Shown here in pieces: positions 17,974 to 26,338 of a stretch of DNA of 28,840 nt (position 1 is its first letter; the number at the start of each line of letters is the position of its first letter). This DNA comes from a virus. Taxonomy: Duplodnaviria; Heunggongvirae; Uroviricota; Caudoviricetes. Under the pieces are notes generated by a model. That model saw nothing but the letters and a program-made list of their open reading frames with translations. It ran no database searches and was not told the DNA's origin. Both the position numbers and the translations under genes were made by a program. The DNA lies in the IMG/VR virus record IMGVR_UViG_2609459848_000003; one strand, given 5' to 3'.

Positions 17974-19563
17974 TTACTTAATAAGCAGCGGTACGCCCTG
18001 GATACGACGGGCTACGCCAGTCGGGCAGCAGGCCCAGACTACTTCCCATTTATCGAATTCCGCCTGCGTAACTTTCAGCACATACGGTTCTGTACCGTCA
18101 GCATCAGGATCACGAGGAGCCACCAGAGCGCCGGAGGCGACAAAGCGATCTAAAAGTTTGGTCATCCCTTTAGTCAGGCCAGCCGCAGTAATACCGTCCG
18201 GGCTATGCTTCATCTGTCGGGCTAACTGGACAAAGAAACGGCTGATTGCATTCATCAGGGATGGGACGTGCTGGAAGTGCAGATAGTTATCCTGCGTGCA
18301 GCAAGTTAAAGCATCGTCGATGATCATCTGGCCAGAGGTGCCAACAGATACTTTATTGAGACGGCCCTTGACCATTGCTTCTTCGTCCGGGGTATCTTCC
18401 GGATACAGCGGTTGAATTGACGCACGAGCAATGACGGCACGTTCTTCACCAGCCGGTGAGTAATGCCAACCGCCGACATCAGAGTTTTTCTTGACGCCAC
18501 GAGCTTTCGCCGCATACGCCGCGCCAGACAGACCGAAGACCACACGGGATTGGGTCCATTTGTCTTTGCAGGAGAACGGGAAGTGATAGACAGCACAGCT
18601 TACATAATCGGTACCAAGTAAACCGGTATCTTCAACAGCAGAGATCGCTTCCGTGTACGTCAATGTCGGTTTGACATCAAAGAAGCCATCAATCAGGCGA
18701 TCTGCACAGATTTTACCTAATGCGGTGATAGCCGCATTGTCATAGCAGCCCAGGCCAAGAACAGCGGTGTACATGTACGGCGCATTGTTCAGCACTTTCA
18801 CCGCACGCAGGTACGCAGCGGTTGAGATTTTCGACTGATCACCGTTGGTACCACCAGTGAACGCCAGCGATTTTTTATTTGTTACTTTCGCCGTCGAAAT
18901 CAGCTCTTCATTAACAACCGCGCGCAGATATTTAGAACGGGCTTCCAGAGCCGTAGGCAGATAACACAAGCGACCCATGTCATCTTTCGCTTCTTCCGCC
19001 AAAGACACAGTGTGTGTCTCCAGGGTCGTTACCACGCCGAGCGAAGTCGTCTGGGTCAGTTTTAAGAGGAAGCGTTCATTACCCGCGCTATCCGCTGTTG
19101 CCGTTTCGATGGTTAACTCACGGGTAGGTGAAATACACGGATCACCATCATCAACGTAGATAGCAAAGGCTTCGCCACTATCAAGTTCAATTTCAGAACC
19201 GTATGGCAACGCACTGTAAGCCGGTTCGCCTGATTCATCGAACATAATAATCGGGAACTTCGCATCATCCGGAACAGCACGAACAACATAACCAGACGTT
19301 TGCTGAATAGCTTCGTACACATGACGAATTGGTTCGAACTGTGAGCCGGAAGACGGCTTCAGCGGTTCGCCGAGAACATCTTCGTAATTGGACTCAGTAA
19401 CCGCCAGAACAGTAAACGGCTTGCCACGCGCAAATACGCCAATACCAGCCCACAAGCTGCTATTTAATGCAACACCGGTAGATAACGTCGCATCGGCATT
19501 GATCGGGCTAACCGCGACGCCGGATGCATTACCTAATGACTGTTGAATTGAATATTGAGACAT
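17974..19563 (-). CDS. Tail sheath protein (529 aa)
   Basis: Size, position next to the capsid gene and general sheath-like sequence character. Confidence 0.55.
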   Translation of the reverse strand: MSQYSIQQSLGNASGVAVSPINADATLSTGVALNSSLWAGIGVFARGKPFTVLAVTESNYEDVLGEPLKPSSGSQFEPIRHVYEAIQQTSGYVVRAVPDDAKFPIIMFDESGEPAYSALPYGSEIELDSGEAFAIYVDDGDPCISPTRELTIETATADSAGNERFLLKLTQTTSLGVVTTLETHTVSLAEEAKDDMGRLCYLPTALEARSKYLRAVVNEELISTAKVTNKKSLAFTGGTNGDQSKISTAAYLRAVKVLNNAPYMYTAVLGLGCYDNAAITALGKICADRLIDGFFDVKPTLTYTEAISAVEDTGLLGTDYVSCAVYHFPFSCKDKWTQSRVVFGLSGAAYAAKARGVKKNSDVGGWHYSPAGEERAVIARASIQPLYPEDTPDEEAMVKGRLNKVSVGTSGQMIIDDALTCCTQDNYLHFQHVPSLMNAISRFFVQLARQMKHSPDGITAAGLTKGMTKLLDRFVASGALVAPRDPDADGTEPYVLKVTQAEFDKWEVVWACCPTGVARRIQGVPLLIK

Positions 19564-19623
19564 AACTTTCCCTGTTATGCGCCCCGCACGGGGGCGCTAT
19601 GTTAAACGGAGAACTTCCCCTGA

Positions 19624-21351
19624 TTACTCAGAGTCACCGGCATCAATCGTGTCGCCGCTTATGAAGTTAAGCCCGCCTTTTTTGGCCATTGTCAGCGTTA
19701 CACGAGTGAAGTAATCAGCGCCGTTGCGTGGGTGCATATCGTTGATAGCCGAACCCCACAGCGTGGTACGGTTGACCAGCGCCGGAGTGGTCGGATGCTG
19801 GAACGGGATGGCCGGGACAGCATCACCAGTCACGAAGCCTGCTTTACCCGGATTTTCATCACGGACGTAGCACAGCACATCCATCGAGCTGAACTGAATG
19901 TTCTCTGTCGTTAAGTTCTTACAAATACCAGCAGGTACTTCGTACACTTTCACGTTACCGAACAGGGTACCGATGTAGTGAACATACGGAGTCTGGATAT
20001 AGTCTTCGGCTGGCTGGAAGAAATCCTTCGGCAACTGTTTGAAGAAAGATGCTGCATCAGCACCAGCAAACATCCCCATCGCACCAGAAGATTTAACGCG
20101 CTCAATAATGTCGCGATATACAGTCTGGAATTTGCCACGAATGATGGTTGCCCATACATCAAAGGACTGGTTAACCGGCAGAGCGATGTCAAAGGTGTCG
20201 TTCGCAAGAGTACGCCAGATCATGATGCGAAGACGCAGCATATCCTGTTCATGAGACAGGTATTCCTTCAGGGTGCGGAACTGTAGGGAACCCAGGTCCA
20301 GACCAAATTCACGCTGTGCTTCATACGCCGCCTGTACCGTGTGCTCAGCCGCGATAACGAACTGGCTTGGGAACAGGGTGTATTTCTTCATTTCGTGGTT
20401 GATCAGCGGGATCAGCTCAGGAGCGGCTTCAATATTGATTTCCGTCTCAATTGCGATCTCAGTGCCTTTATCCGGCGCTTTGGAGAACGACAGGGCAATC
20501 TGACCAATGTTGTAGTTCAGAGAGCAGGTAACAGTGATTTGCTCACCAGCAGCATTAGTAAACGAGTGAAGTAGGCTGCCGGAACCGTTATCAACAACAG
20601 ACTTAATACGGTTAACGTAGATATTAGTGCGACCTTTTCGGATTGGTACATTCTGGCCTTCGAAGTCTTCCATCTTGAAGGTTGCGGTTTTGCTGGTGCC
20701 ATCGGAGCTTGCCACCAGCACATAGCGGCGGCGTAACTGGCTGTACACACCGACGGATTGCATGTCCAGAACATCACCAGCAGCATAAGAACCAAAAGAG
20801 GAACCTGCCACGTTAAAGACTTCATAGATGTCGGACTGGTCACGCGTAACCGGAATGAAGGTACACGCATCAGCGGTAGCTGCCCCCAACTGAACAGGCA
20901 GGATCATCGCGAGGAATAAAGGCAGACGCATAACACCGTCAGAAACGCTCATCATCTCTGCTGCGACGGATTCCAGCATCGCTTTATTAGTGGCATCCAT
21001 GCTATTGCGGGTGGACTCAATCAGGCAGTTTTCCAGCGTCTGGTGGCAGGAGGCCAGAATTTCCGGACGCGGCATAGATTTATGTGCTGCGGCGTAGTCA
21101 GCCAGTGCACTTGCCCACGCTGTAGCGATTTGAGCGGTGGCATTATCAGAGATACCCGCAAAAACCGGGTCTTTACGTGCAGCTTCAAGGATAGATGCGG
21201 CACGCGCGGCATCATCTTTAATGAATTGGTTATCAGTACCGAACTGCGCAGTGCTTGCCCAGCCAAGCACAGCTTTAGAGCGTTTTGCGATATCTGCAAT
21301 ACGATTCTGGTATTCGCGTAAGTTACTCAATTTACTCTTCCTTAAACACAA
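19624..21351 (-). CDS. Major capsid protein (575 aa as tracked; likely start is TTG at 21330)
   Basis: Large late ORF immediately downstream of parS/parB, as gene 23 is in P1. The tracked start is TTG; an in-frame TTG at 21330 preceded by SD AAGGAAG is the more likely initiation codon (MSNLREYQ...). Confidence 0.5.
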   Translation of the reverse strand: MCLRKSKLSNLREYQNRIADIAKRSKAVLGWASTAQFGTDNQFIKDDAARAASILEAARKDPVFAGISDNATAQIATAWASALADYAAAHKSMPRPEILASCHQTLENCLIESTRNSMDATNKAMLESVAAEMMSVSDGVMRLPLFLAMILPVQLGAATADACTFIPVTRDQSDIYEVFNVAGSSFGSYAAGDVLDMQSVGVYSQLRRRYVLVASSDGTSKTATFKMEDFEGQNVPIRKGRTNIYVNRIKSVVDNGSGSLLHSFTNAAGEQITVTCSLNYNIGQIALSFSKAPDKGTEIAIETEINIEAAPELIPLINHEMKKYTLFPSQFVIAAEHTVQAAYEAQREFGLDLGSLQFRTLKEYLSHEQDMLRLRIMIWRTLANDTFDIALPVNQSFDVWATIIRGKFQTVYRDIIERVKSSGAMGMFAGADAASFFKQLPKDFFQPAEDYIQTPYVHYIGTLFGNVKVYEVPAGICKNLTTENIQFSSMDVLCYVRDENPGKAGFVTGDAVPAIPFQHPTTPALVNRTTLWGSAINDMHPRNGADYFTRVTLTMAKKGGLNFISGDTIDAGDSE

Positions 21352-21459
21352 GGCACTTGTGTGAATCCCTTTTCGGAAGAGATTTTATTGAAAGTCACTT
21401 GTTGACTTTCTCGCTAAAAGTAATTTTTTAAATTTTTTGTGCGGGGGAGGGGGGCAAGT

Positions 21460-21545
21460 AAAACAGGCGTGAAACCGTGGGAATTTCAGCCTGAAATTTT
21501 TCATGAATATCTATATATATCATATATTTATACATGAAATAGACG
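21460..21545. promoter_or_regulatory. parS: parS-like partition site: box-A-type heptamers flanking an AT-rich IHF-like core
   Basis: GTGAAAC (21469-21475), ATTTCAG (21483-21489), TGAAATT (21492-21498) and TGAAAT (21535-21540) resemble P1 box A (ATTTCAC) in both orientations around atatctatatatatcatatattta, which fits the IHF consensus WATCAANNNNTTR with one mismatch; immediately downstream of parB. Confidence 0.55.
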
Positions 21546-21596
21546 CGGGACATTTTAGACAGGGGAGGGGGCTAAAGCCGCCTCCCACCAGCGGGA

Positions 21597-22562
21597 TTAT
21601 TCCCCAGCAGACATTTTCCCAATGATTTTTTTTATTGCTTCGTCAATTTCAGTTTGCACTTCAGACGGGAGTCTGGAGAACTCGTAGGCGACAACCCGTT
21701 TTTTCGGATCGGACTTCTTTCGGGCATATTGGCGACGGTCAGAGAAGTCTCGCAGCTTCTCAACCACCACAGATTTAACCGGCGCGGGCTTCAGGCTTTT
21801 GCTTTCCGCTTTGAAGATAGCCAGTATCTTCGCTTTATCCTCTTTCGCGCCCTCAGTCTCTGCAATTCGTTCGCGCACCGTATCAACCAGCTCTTCAATC
21901 GGCACGCTTTTAGCGTTAGCATCCTCGGCGATCTGGAGCAGTAACTGGTAATCTGGAAGGGCGAGATCGCTGGCTACGGGGAAGACAGCAATCATCTCAT
22001 CCGGCACCGCGGCAGCCTGGAAAGCTCGCGTCACTTTAGCCTTTGAGATGTTCTCAGCTCGGGCGATCTCTTCTTTGGTCATATTCTTACCGTACATAAC
22101 CTCGAAGCGTTTACCCAGCTCGCGCAGAGTGTGTTCGCGGGCTGTCTGGATATCAATGGCCAGCTGGCGGGCATCCGCCAGGCTGATCTCATCTTTCGTC
22201 ACCAGAATCTCAAATTTCGTTTCATTGAAGATACACGCAGCACGGCGACGCGATCCGTCCAATACCTCAATGCGCTCCCCAACCATACGACCGATAGCCG
22301 GGAAGAACTGTTGCAATTTAATGGTGCGGGAAATATCGCTTACCGACTCAGGGGTGAGCAGAGACTGATCGCGGCCGTTAACTGCCGGGTCAACGAACGT
22401 GCGCGACTCAATCTCACCACTCAGCACGACGGTAAGCAAGAATTTAGCCTGGCGGCCAGATTTTAGGGTAAAGGTTTTGGTGCCTTCACTGCCTTCAAGC
22501 ATGCGAGCAAACTCGGAGCTATTCTTGCCCAGCACTCGTCCACGGGAAACTATTTTTTTCAT
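21597..22562 (-). CDS. parB: Partition protein ParB (321 aa)
   Basis: Family resemblance to P1 ParB from memory (e.g. GRQA, VDGSRRRA, KAKVTRAFQAA, DYQLL); 4-bp overlap with parA. Confidence 0.85.
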   Translation of the reverse strand: MKKIVSRGRVLGKNSSEFARMLEGSEGTKTFTLKSGRQAKFLLTVVLSGEIESRTFVDPAVNGRDQSLLTPESVSDISRTIKLQQFFPAIGRMVGERIEVLDGSRRRAACIFNETKFEILVTKDEISLADARQLAIDIQTAREHTLRELGKRFEVMYGKNMTKEEIARAENISKAKVTRAFQAAAVPDEMIAVFPVASDLALPDYQLLLQIAEDANAKSVPIEELVDTVRERIAETEGAKEDKAKILAIFKAESKSLKPAPVKSVVVEKLRDFSDRRQYARKKSDPKKRVVAYEFSRLPSEVQTEIDEAIKKIIGKMSAGE

Positions 22563-23770
22563 GCCGCCTCACCCCTAACAAACTCAATTCGATCAAACAC
22601 AGCCTTAGTGAAACGCTCGGCCTCGGTTCGTGCCTTCTTCAGCGCCTCTGCACTGCCTGGATACGATTGCGGGTTGGCACTGATTACGGTGTCGAAAGAC
22701 TCGCCGCATCGCTCAAAGCCATCCAGACGAGGCAGAGAAGAGTCCAGAATGTTGCTGGCGTAAACCTCACGCGCAAGGCTGTGTGATGTCTCGTGATCGC
22801 GCTTGCCGGTCATCTTCGACATAAAACCAATGCTGGCGCTCAAACGCGGTTCTACGCCTTCCTCCTCCAGTTGCTCCAGCATTTCTGGCAGACGGGTGAG
22901 ATATTTCAGTGTTGAGTGGAAGTCAACCTGGGCTGGTGGGGTAGGGGTAAGCAGCAAATCGCTGGCCGCCAGACCGTTGAGCAGGAACGGATCCAGGTGT
23001 GGACCGGTATCAATAAAGATAAAGTCATAATCATCCGCAACACGATCAATGATATTGCGTCGAAGGATTTCGTACTGATTTTGTCCGGGAAGATGCTCTT
23101 CAACCAACTCTTTCCATTGGCTGGCAACAAAGCCATCGTCGATAGAGGCTGGAATCACGTCTACGCCAGGAACGATGGTCGGACGAATCACCTCTTTGCG
23201 TAGCGTCTCCGCGTCCAGGTCGTTCAGCATCGCCTGCGCGGCGGTTTCCAGGATGGAACCAATACTGTGAGTATGGTCGAGGAACATTGTGCTGGATGCC
23301 TGAGGGTCAAGGTCAATTACCAGAATGCGCAGATCGTGACGCAGTAAATCCTGATGCACACGCAGAGCGTGCGCCAACGTGACTGTGGAAACCGTTTTGG
23401 ATACGCCACCCTTCAGGTTTACGACAAAAATAACGTAAGGCGATTTGTGAATGTCGCGATATTTGGGGATCTTACGGTGGGCATAGATATCAATGACGTT
23501 CTGGATGGTCAGCGCGTACTGTTCAACGTTACCGACCTGTTTCTTGTTGAACTGGTACCCATCATCTTCCATCTCTTTGATGGCCTGCTCCACAATGCGG
23601 CGGCTCAGCTTCGGCAACTTTGCCACAGCGTTACGAGTGAACGTCTGATAATACTCGGTCTGATTGAACTCTTTGCGCTGATCTTCAATATCCTGACTCA
23701 TGGCCTTAAGTAATGCGCTTGCACGAAGAGCTATGGTGCCGACACCGCCGTAATCGCGTTTCATCATCAT
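22559..23770 (-). CDS. parA: Partition ATPase ParA (type Ia, 403 aa)
   Basis: Deviant Walker A VNLKGGVSKTVSTV; LRILVIDLDPQ; C-terminal PRLDGFERCGESFDTVISANP...AVFDRIEF close to P1 ParA from memory; an N-terminal extension typical of type Ia ParA. Confidence 0.9.
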   Translation of the reverse strand: MMMKRDYGGVGTIALRASALLKAMSQDIEDQRKEFNQTEYYQTFTRNAVAKLPKLSRRIVEQAIKEMEDDGYQFNKKQVGNVEQYALTIQNVIDIYAHRKIPKYRDIHKSPYVIFVVNLKGGVSKTVSTVTLAHALRVHQDLLRHDLRILVIDLDPQASSTMFLDHTHSIGSILETAAQAMLNDLDAETLRKEVIRPTIVPGVDVIPASIDDGFVASQWKELVEEHLPGQNQYEILRRNIIDRVADDYDFIFIDTGPHLDPFLLNGLAASDLLLTPTPPAQVDFHSTLKYLTRLPEMLEQLEEEGVEPRLSASIGFMSKMTGKRDHETSHSLAREVYASNILDSSLPRLDGFERCGESFDTVISANPQSYPGSAEALKKARTEAERFTKAVFDRIEFVRGEAA

Positions 23771-23813
23771 CTCCTTATCATTTCGTATGAGTGAATTGTA
23801 CGTTTGATTCTGC

Positions 23814-23856
23814 TACGTGCAACTTTTTTTGATTCGTGCGTCAATTATTGCACGTA
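23814..23856. promoter_or_regulatory. par operon promoter/operator inverted repeat
   Basis: TACGTGCAA (23814-23822) and its reverse complement TTGCACGTA (23848-23856) between parA and incA. Confidence 0.4.
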
Positions 23857-23878
23857 AAGAAATGGCGATGAGGCTATT

Positions 23879-24165
23879 AGATGTGTGCTGGAGGGATGAT
23901 GCAGGACCAGAATGTGCGATAGAGGGAAGTCGCATTGAATTATGTGCTGTGGAGGGATCGCTGGTATCAAATATGTGTGCTGGAGGGAAAGGCAGAGAAT
24001 TACATGTGCACTGGAGGGAAAAACGGATGGACAGATGTGTGCTGGAGGGAAAGTCTGGGCAAACTGCGGGGCGTCCCCCTCCAGCGCACATCAAAAACAG
24101 GAAATTGGACAAGCCTTCCCGGCAGCACACATTTTTTTAATGCAGCTTCCCTCCAGCACACACTT
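23879..24165. repeat. incA: incA copy-control iterons (about nine 19-bp repeats, six in one orientation and three inverted)
   Basis: GATGTGTGCTGGAGGGAAA-type repeats at about 23879, 23910, 23938, 23971, 24001 and 24042; inverted CCCTCCAGC(A/G)CACA copies at about 24071, 24115 and 24145. Confidence 0.9.
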
Positions 24166-25024
24166 ATTCTGGGAGTTTCAGCTTTGGATTGCGAGAATGG
24201 ACGATTACAAAACTTTCCCGGCCTTTCTTCTCAATTGAACAGTCGAGATAGCCGATTGTTTTAAGCTGTTCTATCGCTTTCTTAATGATACGGTTTTGCT
24301 CGCCAACAGCTGACTGCAAAGCCAGGCGCTCACGGATTCGGGCGAAAGATAGCGGCAACGGATTCTGCGGAAGGCTTTCGATGAAAGTGTAAATGGCTTG
24401 TGCAGCTTCTTTCTTCGGAAGGGCACGCAAGGCGTGGTGTTGCAACAGAACGCGATAATCAAGCTGGAACAGCTCCCACAGCTTCGAATCAGCCTCCAGC
24501 TCTATCAGATCAAGGTCAGCATCAAAACGACCGACCTTTAGCAGACCAGTCTGATAGCCGCCTTTAGCATCTTTTCCGCGCTTAAAAGCGATACCCTTGT
24601 TACGTAAGCGTCCAAGTGATTCATGAATGGTTAAACGCAGTTTCGCATCCAGACGTTTTGAGGGGAAACCACAGGCTTTAGCGAATTCCTGAAACGATAA
24701 CTGGATGGTGTTTGAGGACAAGCCGTATTTGCTGAACGCGTAGATGACACCGATCCACGTTTTGAAATCAGTATCCATATCGAGTCGAGGACCGGTGATT
24801 TTAATATCATCGTAACCCTCGGCTTTAGCTATCTCCAGCTGGGAAAACGCTTTGGTGGCATCAATCTCTTTACTTTCTCCTTTGCTCTTTGATGGCTTCG
24901 GCACGAATACCCCCAAGCGCATCAACGCTACAGGCTGCACAGTGTTGTTTGAATTAACTGTTAGTTCTTTTGCCTTACTTTCAATGTCTGCGTAAAGAAT
25001 ATCGGAGATAAAGGATTGATTCAT
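24164..25024 (-). CDS. repA: Plasmid replication initiator RepA (286 aa)
   Basis: 286-aa ORF flanked by iteron arrays on both sides, matching the P1 R-replicon layout. Confidence 0.9.
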   Translation of the reverse strand: MNQSFISDILYADIESKAKELTVNSNNTVQPVALMRLGVFVPKPSKSKGESKEIDATKAFSQLEIAKAEGYDDIKITGPRLDMDTDFKTWIGVIYAFSKYGLSSNTIQLSFQEFAKACGFPSKRLDAKLRLTIHESLGRLRNKGIAFKRGKDAKGGYQTGLLKVGRFDADLDLIELEADSKLWELFQLDYRVLLQHHALRALPKKEAAQAIYTFIESLPQNPLPLSFARIRERLALQSAVGEQNRIIKKAIEQLKTIGYLDCSIEKKGRESFVIVHSRNPKLKLPE

Positions 25025-25040
25025 ATTACTTTTTCCGAAT

Positions 25041-25301
25041 TATGTGGATAGTTTTTATAAGCGGTGATAACTACCCAGGCTTTCCCGTCAGCACACATCC
25101 TATATCCCGCCAGCACACATTAGCAACCCGTCAGCACACATTTTTATCCCTCCAGCACACATCGGTTTCCCTCCAGCACACATCGCGATACACTTCTAAG
25201 CCAGACGTGGCGCGGCCTGCAACGATCAGGGATCTATATGGATCTAATTGGGATCTGTATGGACCTAATTATTGGATCTACTCAGTGGATAATGTGGATA
25301 A
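25041..25301. other. Plasmid origin oriR: DnaA boxes, Dam GATC cluster, iterons
   Basis: Tandem DnaA boxes AGTGGATAA/TGTGGATAA (25283-25301); five GATC within 25223-25277 at roughly 10-bp spacing; one more DnaA-like box TGTGGATAG at 25043-25051 adjacent to the repA start. Confidence 0.85.
25081..25185. repeat. incC/origin iterons (five direct 19-bp repeats)
   Basis: CAGCACACAT cores at about 25088, 25110, 25131, 25152 and 25174, all in the same orientation, immediately upstream of repA. Confidence 0.9.
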
Positions 25302-25342
25302 GTGAAAAACCGGCCAACAAAGCCGGTTGGAAGGAAACCGTA

Positions 25343-25735
25343 TTATTCTACGCTTTCGATAAGAAGACCATGTTCATAACATTTAAGCTCATCGCCTTCA
25401 TACAGGAATTGGTATCCAACACCACCACCTTCCGGAACATTAGGGAATAAATCATCACTTACCGAAGAACAAATCACACCAATGCAGCGATCAACGCCTT
25501 CTCGTTCTTCAGTGCTGAAAAAATCCTCTTCGGTAAGAACATGAGTACATTGCTCATCAGCATAGGTCGGAAATACATGCTCGATGCAATCCGGGTGTTT
25601 TAAACCAAGCTGATCGGCAAGCTCGAAAGCACGACGGTATTGTTCAGATCCTGGCTTGCCAACAGTGATGTGCTCAATTTTGTAGATTGAAGTCGCTTTG
25701 TTGATAGTTTGCTTTACTGTTACTTTATCAGACAT
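25343..25735 (-). CDS. Hypothetical protein (130 aa)
   Basis: ATG-start ORF next to oriR; no motif recognised. Confidence 0.4.
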   Translation of the reverse strand: MSDKVTVKQTINKATSIYKIEHITVGKPGSEQYRRAFELADQLGLKHPDCIEHVFPTYADEQCTHVLTEEDFFSTEEREGVDRCIGVICSSVSDDLFPNVPEGGGVGYQFLYEGDELKCYEHGLLIESVE

Positions 25736-25746
25736 AAAAATCCCTT

Positions 25747-26079
25747 TTAGTTACCGCTGATAGCGCGGTTGTAATCATTAACGTTGCGATTCTTCCTGTT
25801 AATCCCCATCAGCATCGTTTCTGTATCAAGGATATACGCTGGCAGATCATCAAAATATTCACTGCTAAACTCTGGCATTCTGCACATAAATGCACTTTTG
25901 GGGGCAGGGTGGTTAACCTTTGTCGGCGTCGGCGTTAAATTCGCTGATCGACTCCCGGAGCAACCGCTGAGTGTCAGCAGGAATGCGCTGGCGAACATTA
26001 CCCGCCGCAACCAGTTGTTTCTGAACTTCAGCTTTTCGTTCCATTTGCCTGTCAGCATACTTGGCTTGTTCTGATTCAT
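25747..26079 (-). CDS. Lipoprotein (o-spanin-like), overlapped with the upstream membrane protein gene; true start probably internal
   Basis: Lipobox FLLTLSGC and a Pro/Thr-rich mature part (TPTPTKVNHPAP); the 5' part overlaps the 3' part of ORF 25913-26305 in another frame. Confidence 0.5.
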   Translation of the reverse strand: MNQNKPSMLTGKWNEKLKFRNNWLRRVMFASAFLLTLSGCSGSRSANLTPTPTKVNHPAPKSAFMCRMPEFSSEYFDDLPAYILDTETMLMGINRKNRNVNDYNRAISGN

Positions 26080-26305
26080 TTTTCACTTCCTGGCTGTGAA
26101 AATGTTGCTCTGCTTTGTTCATCGTCTCAATGGTCTGGTTAAGATCCATTATTGACTTATCACGTTCCTTAACAGCCTGATCAAGACTGCCAATTTTCTC
26201 TATGGCTTGCTTTAGCTGATGACGTTCCCATGCAAACCCAGCACCAACAAGTGCGCAAATCAGAACAAGAACACCAGTAGCAGCAAGTTTCTCCTTCAAA
26301 GACAA
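25913..26305 (-). CDS. N-terminally anchored coiled-coil membrane protein (i-spanin-like, 130 aa); start uncertain
   Basis: N-terminal transmembrane segment LAATGVLVLICALVGAGFAW followed by a charged helical region; the tracked start is TTG, 3 bp from the IS66 terminus. Confidence 0.45.
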   Translation of the reverse strand: MSLKEKLAATGVLVLICALVGAGFAWERHQLKQAIEKIGSLDQAVKERDKSIMDLNQTIETMNKAEQHFHSQEVKNESEQAKYADRQMERKAEVQKQLVAAGNVRQRIPADTQRLLRESISEFNADADKG

Positions 26306-26338
26306 AGCGTAAGCGTCAACGGAGCACCGTATTGACGC

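Noticed and set aside
19732-21364. Small ORFs on both strands (60-117 aa)
   Set aside because: They are embedded in the 575-aa capsid gene and none has an independent SD or recognisable motif.
22803-23713. Small plus- and minus-strand ORFs of 75-119 aa
   Set aside because: They overlap the parA coding sequence, whose frame carries the Walker A motif.
23813-24264. Several overlapping ORFs (105-109 aa, both strands) and a possible CRISPR-like array
   Set aside because: They lie across the incA iterons. The repeats are 19 bp, occur in both orientations with irregular spacing and flank repA, which fits plasmid iterons and not CRISPR repeats or genes.
25042-25305. Plus-strand 87-aa ORF
   Set aside because: It spans the origin iterons, GATC cluster and DnaA boxes; its periodic translation is a repeat artefact.
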